From Promethearchaeota archaeon (lineage in GTDB: Archaea > Asgardarchaeota > Lokiarchaeia > Sigyniarchaeales > SOKP01), in NCBI GenBank assembly GCA_019058445.1, contig JAHPZA010000002.1:128415-192414 (forward strand): DNA of 64,000 nt. The letters are read 5' to 3'. Shown one piece after another: positions 29,403-38,668 of the stretch. Below the pieces are notes generated by a model. It made no database searches and was not told the origin of the DNA. It saw only the letters and a program-made list of their open reading frames with translations. Within the stretch, counting starts at the first letter, position 1; each line of letters opens with the position of its first letter. The position numbers and the translations under genes were made by a program.

Positions 29403-30059
29403 TTAAATTATGGACTGGTAAAATTTAAATACTTCATCAGCAGCTTGTGTATCATATCCCCAGTAGAAATGATCACATCTCTCTAGGATCTTAAAATCCT
29501 TTGGATCGTTATAAAAATCGTAATGGCTCTGAAAATTACTGTAATTGGCCACATCATCTCTATCTCCTTGAATAAACAATTTCGGTTTAGTTGATTGGGA
29601 TAATTTTTTATATTTCGTACCCATAAAATCCCAGGGAAATGAAATAGAAGTATATCCTATTATCTTTTTGGAGTGATTAACTGTAGAACATCCAATAGCA
29701 GCTCCATAGGAATATCCACAGATTAAGATTTTCTCGACTTGTTTAGTATTGATTAAAAAATCGATGCACGCTTTAACATCACTTATTTCTCCTCTTCCAC
29801 TTGAATGTGAACCAGTAGATCTTCCAACGGCTCTGAAGTTAAAGCGTAAGCAAGAGATATCATTTCGCTTAAAGATATTAAAGACCGCAGAAATAACATT
29901 GTTGTACATATTTCCCCCAAATTCCACTTAACTGAGAAACTCTCAATCAATCTGAGGATGCGGGTGGCATACGAGAACTGCGGAGGATTTATTTGAGCTT
30001 GATTCAAAATATTCTGCTTCTAGTTGAATATCATCATTAGATATGAAAATATTTCCCAT
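29403..30059 (-). CDS. Alpha/beta-fold hydrolase (HPHPxxGGxM family) in two parts: exon 1 30059-29952, exon 2 29921-29403; 208 aa if spliced
   Basis: ATG 30059 gives 36 codons ending VCHPHPQ, then a 30-nt insert with in-frame TGA and TAA, then FGGNMYNNV..RFNFR..GYSYG..GDRDD..DHFY. The catalytic Ser/Asp/His motifs are intact. Confidence 0.8.
29922..29951 (-). other. Candidate bulge-helix-bulge (tRNA-endonuclease-type) mRNA intron, 30 nt
   Basis: Minus-strand RNA: CCUC [AG|A] UUGAUUGAGA GUU UCUCAGUUAA GUGG [AA|U] UUGGGGG. Cutting after the second nucleotide of each 3-nt bulge restores CAG UUU (HPHPQ-FGGNM). Confidence 0.65.
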
Positions 30060-30108
30060 AATATTAATTAAGTATTGAGATTATAAAAAGTATATAAAAG
30101 AGAAATCG

Positions 30109-30969
30109 ATGATTATGGGCTACAATAAAATCGTCATTGAGAAAAAATTACGCGATTTTTTAGAAGAAGATTGTAACTTTATCGATGTCAGTAGTATTAA
30201 CATTCCCGAGGATGCTGAAGTTACAGCCAAAATTATCGCTAAAAGCAGTGGTTTTGTTTCTGGGCTTGGGGAACTAAAAATCTTGTTTGATATGTTGAAT
30301 ATAACCACAACTTTCTTAAAAAAAGATGGGCAAAAGGTGAAGAAAAGAGAAGTTGTAGTGGAATTAAAAGGAAAAGTTAAAAATATCCTATTAGGAGAAA
30401 GAGTTGGTCTTAATCTCGTTACTCATATGAGTGCCATTACTACAACAACCAGAAAATTTGTTAAAATTATTAAAGAGTCAGGGAAAAAAGTTAAAATAGC
30501 ATGTACACGAAAAACATTGCCCGGAATTCGAATTTTTGAAAAAAAAGCAGTGACTTTAGGTGGTGGTGATCCCCATCGATTTTCATTGGATGATATGATT
30601 TTGTTAAAAGATACTCATTTAAGATATTACAAAGGTGACATTGAAATGCTACTTAGAGACGTGAAGGAGACTGCTAGCTTTTCCAAAAAAATTGAAATCG
30701 AGGTTGAAAAACCTAATGATGCTTTAATCGCAGCACAAAATGGAGTCGATATTATTATGCTAGATAATATGTCTCCTGATCAGGTTGAAGATGTTATAAG
30801 GTTACTAAAAGAGCACAATTTACGAGATGATGTTATAATAGAAATTTCTGGAGGGATTAATGAAGAGAATATCGTCGATTATCTAATCTCTTCACCTGAT
30901 ATCATTAGCACAAGTGATTTAACCCAATTTCCCTCAGAAAAGGTGGACTTATCATTGCGATTCGATTAA
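30109..30969 (+). CDS. nadC: Nicotinate-nucleotide pyrophosphorylase (carboxylating)
   Basis: GERVGLN, TRKTLPG, HRFSLDDMILLKDTH, EIEV, MLDN, EISGGI. Confidence 0.9.
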   Translation: MIMGYNKIVIEKKLRDFLEEDCNFIDVSSINIPEDAEVTAKIIAKSSGFVSGLGELKILFDMLNITTTFLKKDGQKVKKREVVVELKGKVKNILLGERVGLNLVTHMSAITTTTRKFVKIIKESGKKVKIACTRKTLPGIRIFEKKAVTLGGGDPHRFSLDDMILLKDTHLRYYKGDIEMLLRDVKETASFSKKIEIEVEKPNDALIAAQNGVDIIMLDNMSPDQVEDVIRLLKEHNLRDDVIIEISGGINEENIVDYLISSPDIISTSDLTQFPSEKVDLSLRFD

Positions 30970-30970
30970 A

Positions 30971-31363
30971 CTAATCTATAATGATCTCGTGAATTGAACT
31001 AATTACTTCTTTAATTTTAGATAAAGAATTTTTTAAATCTTTAATTAAACCAAATTCTCCTACAGCCAAGATAAGTTCAATTTTTTTATCAACAATACGC
31101 CAATCGGTTATAGTCTTTATTATTTGTTTATATTGAGTATAAATTTCAGTTATTTCATCAATTATGACTTCTTTAAAGGGATAAACCAAACTTATGGTCA
31201 TAATTTTATAACCTTCTAGATTTTCAAATTTCTCTTGATCTTCAATGAAGTTAACTATCGCTTCCCTTAAGGCTTCGCTTTTTGAATTGAACCCGCTTAC
31301 ATTTCGCACTTTTTCAAACCGTTCTAATAAATCATCACTTATTTGTAGTGAAATAATTGGCAT
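30971..31363 (-). CDS. CopG/NikR-like ribbon-helix-helix regulator with ACT-like C-terminal domain
   Basis: MPIISLQISDDLL..GFNSKSEALREAI; C-terminal alpha/beta domain. Confidence 0.75.
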   Translation of the reverse strand: MPIISLQISDDLLERFEKVRNVSGFNSKSEALREAIVNFIEDQEKFENLEGYKIMTISLVYPFKEVIIDEITEIYTQYKQIIKTITDWRIVDKKIELILAVGEFGLIKDLKNSLSKIKEVISSIHEIIID

Positions 31364-31543
31364 TATAAACTCACATAGTTAAATTTTCTAATTAAAAACA
31401 ATTCGAACATAAATAAATTCTATAAATTACGTATTTTTTTAAATTCATTTAATTTTTTATAATTATAATCACAAGCTTTAATATTTTAAAAAAGAACTAA
31501 ATTACCATTTAAAACGAAACATCCGTAGAAATTAGGGATTAAT

Positions 31544-32902
31544 ATGGAAAATACAAATTCTAATAAACTTAGTACTAGAACAAAACTAGGATACGCGTTA
31601 GGAGCAATTCCAAACGGGCTTCTCGTATATATGTTCGATTTAAAGTACATTGAATTCTTTTTCAACGACCTTCGGTTGCTTCCTTTATATTTTATCGTAG
31701 GACAAATTATTTATTTATTTATAAATGCAATTAACGATCCGCTGTTAGGACACCTTTCAGACAAAACTAATCGTGAAAAATGGGGGAGTAGAAGAATTAT
31801 CTATATAAAATATTTTGGACCTGTGTGGGCATTAGCATTTATTCTTGTATGGTTTCCGTGGAGTTTGGACAATCAAATAATAATATTTATCCACTACTGT
31901 GTAACTATATGCTTGTTTGATACACTATTTACTTTGGTAGTGACAGTTTGGTTGGCGCTTTTACCTGAGATGACCTCTGATACGGATGAAAGGAGTAAAA
32001 CTCAGTTCTTAGTATTGGTTATCGGAGCAACTGCCGTATTACCAATGTTTTTGATAATAGGAGAAATGAAACCCATTTCTTCAACATTTAAGATTCTTAT
32101 AATTATAGTCGCAATCATCTCAACGATAATGCAACTTATTGTCGCTAAGATGTGTAAGGAGAGACCAGAATTTCAAAAAGATGAGGTATTTCCGTTATGG
32201 AAATCATTGAAAGAATGTATTAAATTAAAATCATTTAAACTTTACTTAGGATGGATATTTTTCGCGACGCTATATGGCAGTATAAATTTAAGTTATTTAT
32301 TTGCTTACTTATTAATTCTAGGGGAAAGTGGATTTATTATCTTTTTCTTATTATACGTCTTTGGTTACTATACTTCGTATGCCATTTGTTTGAAGTTAAG
32401 ACCAAAATGGGGTATAAGAAAGATATTACTTCGATTCGGAGTATTAAGAGTAATTGGAGCAACAGCCTGTTTCTTTTTATGGTTTTCAACCGCTTTAACC
32501 TTTTTTATAATACTGGGTTATGCATGCTTAGTATTTTTTGGAGGTTACTCAATCTTTACATTTCCATTATTATATTTGTCGATCGACGAGGATGAAGTTA
32601 TCCATGGGACACGTAGAGATGGTATGTTCCAAGGTCTTCAAGCGCTCTTCAATAAACCAGCAACTAGTATTGGTCCTATTATTGCAACCATAATTTTAAT
32701 ATCATATGGATATGTCCAGGGTTCAGAAAATCAACCAGATTCAGCTTTATTTGGCATAACGCTATTATTTTTGATTTTTCCCGCCGTAGTGATCGGACTA
32801 AGTCTAATTTTTATCTACTTCTATCCTTTACATGGTGAATTGTTAACGGAAATGCAGGGGAAGCTTGAAGAGATTCATAAAAAGAAACGAGATTTGTTAT
32901 AA
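31544..32902 (+). CDS. MFS transporter, GPH (MelB-like) family
   Basis: KLGYALG, AINDPLLGHLSD..WGSRR, IDEDE..GTRRDG; 12 TM helices. Confidence 0.9.
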   Translation: MENTNSNKLSTRTKLGYALGAIPNGLLVYMFDLKYIEFFFNDLRLLPLYFIVGQIIYLFINAINDPLLGHLSDKTNREKWGSRRIIYIKYFGPVWALAFILVWFPWSLDNQIIIFIHYCVTICLFDTLFTLVVTVWLALLPEMTSDTDERSKTQFLVLVIGATAVLPMFLIIGEMKPISSTFKILIIIVAIISTIMQLIVAKMCKERPEFQKDEVFPLWKSLKECIKLKSFKLYLGWIFFATLYGSINLSYLFAYLLILGESGFIIFFLLYVFGYYTSYAICLKLRPKWGIRKILLRFGVLRVIGATACFFLWFSTALTFFIILGYACLVFFGGYSIFTFPLLYLSIDEDEVIHGTRRDGMFQGLQALFNKPATSIGPIIATIILISYGYVQGSENQPDSALFGITLLFLIFPAVVIGLSLIFIYFYPLHGELLTEMQGKLEEIHKKKRDLL

Positions 32903-32965
32903 ATTAATTCTATAACCATTTCATAACTTTTGTTAATAAAATTTTTTTTTTCTTTTTCTAAAAGA

Positions 32966-33643
32966 TTATTTCTTTTTCAATCGTCGAGGATAGCAAGCAA
33001 ACAACGTATTGAATAGTTTTTCATGTTCCTCAAAATTCTCTTCGGGTATAGTGAATACCGTCTCTCCAACTTGTAATGCGCCCCAGTAGATTTTTGCTAT
33101 TTTTTCTAAAAACACCGCGAATCTAACAGCATGATCTACTGATTTTCCACATACAATAGCACCATGATTAGCAAGAATCGCAGCATTATTAATTCCTAAA
33201 GCATTTATTGCGCTTGTCCCCATCTCATCTGTATGAGCCTTGGTAATATCCGTACAATGAATTTCTCCTCCGAGAAAGATTATCTGTTGTTCCATTAGGA
33301 TTGGTATACCCTTTCTGAGAACTGAAAGCATTGTGACATATGGAGAGTGTGTGTGAATGATAGATCCCACTTTTGGTCTGTCTCTGTACACTCCCAAATG
33401 CATTTTCACTTCTGTGGAAGGCATAACACCTTTACTAAATACATTTCCATCTAAATCCATATGAACCATTTTTTCCGGAACTAATTGATCGTAGTTCGTC
33501 GAGCTTGGAGTTACCAATATTTCAGTTTTGTTTATTCTCGCACTAGTGTTGCCCTCTCCATCTTCGTTTATGCCTCTAGCGTATATTTTTTGAGCTCCTC
33601 TTACAATATCCTTTCTTAATCGTTCAATTTTGTCCGATGACAT
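32966..33643 (-). CDS. Class II aldolase/adducin family (FucA-like)
   Basis: GNTSAR, TPS, PSTEVKMH, HTHS, NHG. Confidence 0.9.
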   Translation of the reverse strand: MSSDKIERLRKDIVRGAQKIYARGINEDGEGNTSARINKTEILVTPSSTNYDQLVPEKMVHMDLDGNVFSKGVMPSTEVKMHLGVYRDRPKVGSIIHTHSPYVTMLSVLRKGIPILMEQQIIFLGGEIHCTDITKAHTDEMGTSAINALGINNAAILANHGAIVCGKSVDHAVRFAVFLEKIAKIYWGALQVGETVFTIPEENFEEHEKLFNTLFACYPRRLKKK

Positions 33644-33726
33644 ATGCTTGGTAATAAGTCAAGGTTAATGAATTTTGGGATTGCAAAATTTAGCAAGGTT
33701 TATTAGAGAAACTTATTTAAAATAGT

Positions 33727-34830
33727 TTGATGGATTCTCTTACGAGATTTAATTTGTTAATGAACAGACAATCTGAAGATTTGGATCGAATCCTAATTGA
33801 TTATTGGGCAGGTTCAAACGTAGATCAAAGATTGTGTGAATATTATAAGGTCAAAGAAAAAGAAGAATTACTAGATTTATTGGACATAGATTTTCGCTAT
33901 ATAGAGGGTCCAAGCTATATTGGACCAGATTTGTCAAAATATCCAGGTGATAGCGAAAATGATATTTGGGGCGTACCCAGAAAGAAAGTATATTATGGAA
34001 AAGGCGAACATCAAGGATATTATAAAACAGTTGTAAAACATCCTCTTGCTGATGCTAAAACTATTGATGATGTTGAATCCTATGAACATTGGCCTGATCC
34101 TAAGTGGCTTGACTATGACGTGGTTAAAGATCAATGTGATCTTGTGCATGAAAAACAGCGAGTCGTGATGTTTATGGGGGATAGATTAAATCGCATAGCT
34201 CAACTTAAACCTATGATGTACTTACGGGGAATAGAAAAGGCTCTTAGCGATCTAGGTCGGAAAAAGTCTCCGATATTTGATGCGATTTTGGAAAAATTAG
34301 TGAATTTTTATAAGGAGTATCTTGAAAGAATCTTACTAGCAGCTCACGGAAAAATTGATGTACTTGTTACTGGAGATGATTTTGGCCAACAACATGGATT
34401 AATTTGCAGCCCTAAAACATGGAGAGAAAAGTTATTACCTGGTTTTCGCGATTACATTCTTATTGCTAAAAAATATAATGTATATGTAATGCATCATACG
34501 TGCGGCTCAGTAACTCCAATTATCCCCGATATGATTGATGCAGGTTTAGATATTTTAAATCCCATTCAACCTTTGACTTATAATATGGATCACTCGATCT
34601 TAAAGGAGAGGTGGGGTCATAGTTTAATCTTCCATGGAGGAGTGTCACTTCAGGGGCCTCTAAGATTTGGTAATCCATCTGAAGTAGAAAAAGAAGTAAA
34701 AACATGTTGCGAAATTTTAGGCAAAAATGGAGGGTACATTATTTGTTCTGCTCATAATTTAAACGCAGACATGAAAATAAAAAATATAGTTACTCTATTT
34801 AAGGCTTATCAAAAGTATTGTCCCTATTAA
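33727..34830 (+). CDS. Uroporphyrinogen decarboxylase family protein (HxC motif retained)
   Basis: DIWG, GDDFG, MHHTCG, LNPIQP, FHGG, GGYI. Confidence 0.85.
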   Translation: MMDSLTRFNLLMNRQSEDLDRILIDYWAGSNVDQRLCEYYKVKEKEELLDLLDIDFRYIEGPSYIGPDLSKYPGDSENDIWGVPRKKVYYGKGEHQGYYKTVVKHPLADAKTIDDVESYEHWPDPKWLDYDVVKDQCDLVHEKQRVVMFMGDRLNRIAQLKPMMYLRGIEKALSDLGRKKSPIFDAILEKLVNFYKEYLERILLAAHGKIDVLVTGDDFGQQHGLICSPKTWREKLLPGFRDYILIAKKYNVYVMHHTCGSVTPIIPDMIDAGLDILNPIQPLTYNMDHSILKERWGHSLIFHGGVSLQGPLRFGNPSEVEKEVKTCCEILGKNGGYIICSAHNLNADMKIKNIVTLFKAYQKYCPY

Positions 34831-34961
34831 GCCATAAAGGAGTATAATTTAAATTAAAATTATTAAACTAATATGGTCTTGAATTATTAATGGTTGATTG
34901 AAATATCACATTTGATAGTATTAATCTTGATCTTTGAATTGTACTTTTTTAAAAATAAATA

Positions 34962-36047
34962 ATGGACCGTATAATATTACACTGCGACTTGGATTGTTTC
35001 TTTGCCTCAGTTGAGATCCGCGATAATCCTGAATATAAAGGAAAGCCAGTAATAATTGGTGCAGACCCAAAGAAGGGCAAAGGTCGTGGCGTTGTATCCA
35101 CTTGTTCATATGAAGCTAGAGTTTTTGGGCTTCATTCAGCTATGCCAATTTCGCAAGCTTTTAAAAGGTGCCCACACGGCATCTATTTAAGACCTAATTT
35201 TGAAAAATATCATAAAGCTTCTAAAGCGGTAATGGGTATTATCAAGTGCTATTCTTCTTTATTCCAACAAGTTGGTATTGATGAGGCTTATTTGGACCTG
35301 ACAGAACGGTGTTCAAATTACAATGAAGTGCGAACTATCATTAAAAAAATAAAAAATGAAATTTATGAAAAGGTTGGCATAACCATTTCTGTGGGCTGTG
35401 CACCGACTAAATCTCTTGCAAAAATTGCTTCTGATTATAATAAACCAAATGGCATTACTATTGTAAAGTCTGATGATTTTAAAGAGTTTTTAAAAGATTT
35501 AGATATTACTCGTATTCCCGGAATAGGTAAAAAAACAAAAGTATATTACTATAAAAAAGGTATACGGAAAATAGGAGATATATTAAACACCCCCTTAAAG
35601 AAGATGAGATCGAAATTTGGGAAAAACGGAGTATGGGTATGGAAGATCGCCAATGGCCTTGATTCGAGGCAAGTCAAGGAATATAATGAAGAGAGAAAAT
35701 CAATCAGTAAGGAGAGGACATTCTTAGAGGATAGCTCTGATTTCGAATTCATTTTAAGAAAACTTGAGGATATAAATGAGAGAATTAATAAGACAGTCAT
35801 AAAACATAACATTTATTATCGCACGATTACGCTAAAAATAAGATTAAAAGGATTTGTAACATATACCCGCTCTAAAACGCTTCCTCATCATATTCAAGAT
35901 AAGGGAAAAGTCATGAAAGTTATCTTAGAACTTTATAATGAATTTTCAAGTTCAAAAAAGATCCGATTAGTCGGAATAAAACTCTCAAATTTAGAGAAAA
36001 ATTTAAGCTTAAAGCAATCAAATCTCATAAAATATGCATCAGTATAA
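34962..36047 (+). CDS. dinB: DNA polymerase IV (Y family)
   Basis: HCDLDCFFASVE, CSYEAR..G, IDEAY, AKIASD..KP; C-terminal PIP-like QSNLIKY. Confidence 0.95.
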   Translation: MDRIILHCDLDCFFASVEIRDNPEYKGKPVIIGADPKKGKGRGVVSTCSYEARVFGLHSAMPISQAFKRCPHGIYLRPNFEKYHKASKAVMGIIKCYSSLFQQVGIDEAYLDLTERCSNYNEVRTIIKKIKNEIYEKVGITISVGCAPTKSLAKIASDYNKPNGITIVKSDDFKEFLKDLDITRIPGIGKKTKVYYYKKGIRKIGDILNTPLKKMRSKFGKNGVWVWKIANGLDSRQVKEYNEERKSISKERTFLEDSSDFEFILRKLEDINERINKTVIKHNIYYRTITLKIRLKGFVTYTRSKTLPHHIQDKGKVMKVILELYNEFSSSKKIRLVGIKLSNLEKNLSLKQSNLIKYASV

Positions 36048-36082
36048 AAAAATCAAGCAGGATTATGCTCCTTAATTCTTGT

Positions 36083-37009
36083 TTAAATTGAAAAGAATTT
36101 ATCTCTAATAAATACAGCCACTTCATCATGCAAAGCGCCGTTAGAAGTAATAATACCAGGAGCTTTTAAAATACATTTCTCCTCTTCGAATGTGAGGCGC
36201 TCCTCGTCAAGATCGGTTACTCTTCCCCCTGCTTCTCTTACTAATAAATCCCCCGGGGCATAATCCCATGTAAATGCTCGAAATCCCATTATTGGTTTGA
36301 TGTATAGATCATAACTTCCATCAGCTACTAAGCAGAATTTGGCCATGCTATCCATTTTGATCCGTTTTTCTATTCCTAACTTATCAGCAAATTGCGTAAC
36401 CCAAGGCAAATCATAATGTAGTGATTGACATAATCTAGCTTTTTTAAGATTATTGTGGTCACTTACGTGAATTGCTTCAAAATCTTTTCCTCCATAAGAG
36501 GCTTTCGCACCTTGACCTTGTTCAGCAACAAAGATTGTAAGACCATTTTTCTTATACTCAGGAACACTAATAACACTGATTTTGGTATCTGAATTTACCA
36601 TTAATCCAATTCCAATAGCGTATTTTAAACCCTTCATGAATCCTTTTGTTCCATCTATGGGATCAATGGTCCATTGTCTTGAAGACTTTTGACCACGATA
36701 ATTTAATAAATTTTTTAAGTCAGATATGTTGGCGATATCTAACTGAGTAAAACATTCATTAATTTGTTTAGCTGAATGATCATCAATCAATCCAGTTTCA
36801 CTTTCTTCAGCAATTACTTGATCTTTGGGAAATTCTTCCATTAATTGATGTAAAATATAAATTTGAGAAGAAAAATCCGCAACAGTAGCCGGAGATCTGT
36901 CCTTTTTTAAATAGGTCTCTACCCCCTTTTTTTTAAACCATTCGGTTATTTCAGAGGCTTTTCTAACAAGATCCACAGCTAACGATATTTCCTTACTAAA
37001 TTGTGACAA
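36083..37009 (-). CDS. Inositol monophosphatase superfamily, 3'(2'),5'-bisphosphate nucleotidase (Hal2/CysQ-like)
   Basis: SPATVADFSSQ, AEE, WTIDPIDGTKGF, WDYAPG..EAGG. Confidence 0.85.
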   Translation of the reverse strand: MSQFSKEISLAVDLVRKASEITEWFKKKGVETYLKKDRSPATVADFSSQIYILHQLMEEFPKDQVIAEESETGLIDDHSAKQINECFTQLDIANISDLKNLLNYRGQKSSRQWTIDPIDGTKGFMKGLKYAIGIGLMVNSDTKISVISVPEYKKNGLTIFVAEQGQGAKASYGGKDFEAIHVSDHNNLKKARLCQSLHYDLPWVTQFADKLGIEKRIKMDSMAKFCLVADGSYDLYIKPIMGFRAFTWDYAPGDLLVREAGGRVTDLDEERLTFEEEKCILKAPGIITSNGALHDEVAVFIRDKFFSI

Positions 37010-37159
37010 TAGCTTTAAACCACCCTTTCATTAAATTATAAGAAAAAAAATACACTAATCGATTTCAATAGTATTTGATTCTTATTAAATTAATTATATA
37101 ATGAGTCATTAAAAGTTCCTAGTTGGTAAAATAACATTTAATTATTCACATACTTCATA

Positions 37160-37993
37160 TTAAATGATTACTTTTCGTTCGAGTTCCATAGTTTCCAAGT
37201 CAATAAGACTGTACACAATAGAATTCTCATGATAATGAGATTGACCGGGTTGTATTGATATTGTTCTCCCTATTTTGTTGTACCATTTACCAGAAACTTC
37301 AGCAGATTCATGTATGTGGCCATGAAAGGATAGTAATGGTTGATTTTTTTTTATAAAATCGTATACAGCCTTTGAGCCTACTTTTCTCCCATCATGACAG
37401 ACATCTAAGGATAATTTACATGGAGGTGTATGTATAATATATATTGCCTTTTCCATGTTGGAAGGTCTTACTAAACTATTCATTTCCTCCTCGATTGTAG
37501 GTAAAGTGTCAACATAAGAAAACCAGTCAGCGATCTTATTCCAACCATTCGATGTAGATATAACTGGCTTTCCAAATTGTTTTGGAAATTCAAACTCCTT
37601 GGCATCCTTTCTGGCCCTATCTTTTAGGGCGAATGGAAGGTCTGGAACCAGATTCATTCCGATAAATTCGAATCCATTAAGTTCAAATATTGTATTTCCA
37701 ATATTAATTATATATTCATATTTATCGCATGTTTTTTGAAAAATCTCATCAAATTTCTGAAGATCATCGTTTCCTAACATTGTAATATAATAAATTCTTT
37801 CTGAGTTAAACTGTGAGAAATAATCATCAAGGTATTCAATAATGAATCTATCTTGATGCAATAAATTGCCTCTTAAGGGTAGCATATCTCCACCATTGAG
37901 CACTATATCAATATTTTCTGTTTTAGCGATTTCAGAGATGCGGTCATATTTCCACTCGGCACCATGAAGATCTGTAATATATAAAATTTTCAT
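37160..37993 (-). CDS. Metallophosphoesterase (Icc-related)
   Basis: TDLHG, GGD, GNDD, HTPP, GHIHE. Confidence 0.9.
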   Translation of the reverse strand: MKILYITDLHGAEWKYDRISEIAKTENIDIVLNGGDMLPLRGNLLHQDRFIIEYLDDYFSQFNSERIYYITMLGNDDLQKFDEIFQKTCDKYEYIINIGNTIFELNGFEFIGMNLVPDLPFALKDRARKDAKEFEFPKQFGKPVISTSNGWNKIADWFSYVDTLPTIEEEMNSLVRPSNMEKAIYIIHTPPCKLSLDVCHDGRKVGSKAVYDFIKKNQPLLSFHGHIHESAEVSGKWYNKIGRTISIQPGQSHYHENSIVYSLIDLETMELERKVII

Positions 37994-38238
37994 CGAGTTA
38001 TCTGTAATATGTTTGTTAAAACAAATAAATAAAGGGTAATACTCATAAATAGATTTCCAAGCATTTTAAAATGTATATTTTAAAGTATTCTAATCAATAT
38101 TATAAAAACAAATAAGAAATAAGTTACTTTAAAAAAGAAGCTTTAGCGTATTTTTTATGGTTTATAAAGTTAAGTTATAATAAAAAAAAAGAATTCAGTA
38201 AAATAATAAGAACGCAAAAAAATTTGTAAAAGGGAATA

Positions 38239-38595
38239 ATGAAAGCAATCGGAATTGTCATGCTCTATGACAGGCGGGTTGGAGAACCCCAAGAAATTTC
38301 TAAAAATTTTTTTGGAGAGAATTTTTCAATTGTATCAGAGGGACTTGTATCTCAGGAATTGATTGATTTAATTCAATTGAAAGAAATATTGGATTCAAAG
38401 TCGATTTATTGGGCAGGCATACGGGAGAATTTTGAAAAAATTCTCGAAGATGATGAGGCAATTGGTCGTCTAGCGTGGAAAGTCTTTAATGATCAATCTG
38501 GTAAAGAATCTTCTGATGAAGTTAAGAGTTTAGTCTATGATGGATTGAAAGCACCATGGAAGTTTACCTTAATGGCCTGTGTGTTATATGAATAG
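38239..38595 (+). CDS. Hypothetical protein
   Basis: 118-aa ORF with purine-rich leader and normal composition; no motif recognised. Confidence 0.6.
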   Translation: MKAIGIVMLYDRRVGEPQEISKNFFGENFSIVSEGLVSQELIDLIQLKEILDSKSIYWAGIRENFEKILEDDEAIGRLAWKVFNDQSGKESSDEVKSLVYDGLKAPWKFTLMACVLYE

Positions 38596-38668
38596 AAAAA
38601 ATCTTCTATCCTATTAAAAAAATTATTATGGGATATATATTCTTAAATCTTTTTTTTTAAATCTTTTT

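Noticed and set aside
29928-29945. Selenocysteine or stop read-through at the in-frame TGA of the hydrolase
   Set aside because: An in-frame TAA follows five codons later, and read-through would leave 10 extra residues inside a conserved motif.
29922-29951. Spliceosomal or group I/II intron
   Set aside because: No GT-AG ends in any motif-restoring register, and far too short for a self-splicing ribozyme.
29783-30007. 74-aa minus-strand ORF as a frameshifted N-terminus of the hydrolase
   Set aside because: The real N-terminal part (ATG 30059 to HPHPQ) is in the same frame as exon 2, so no frameshift is needed.
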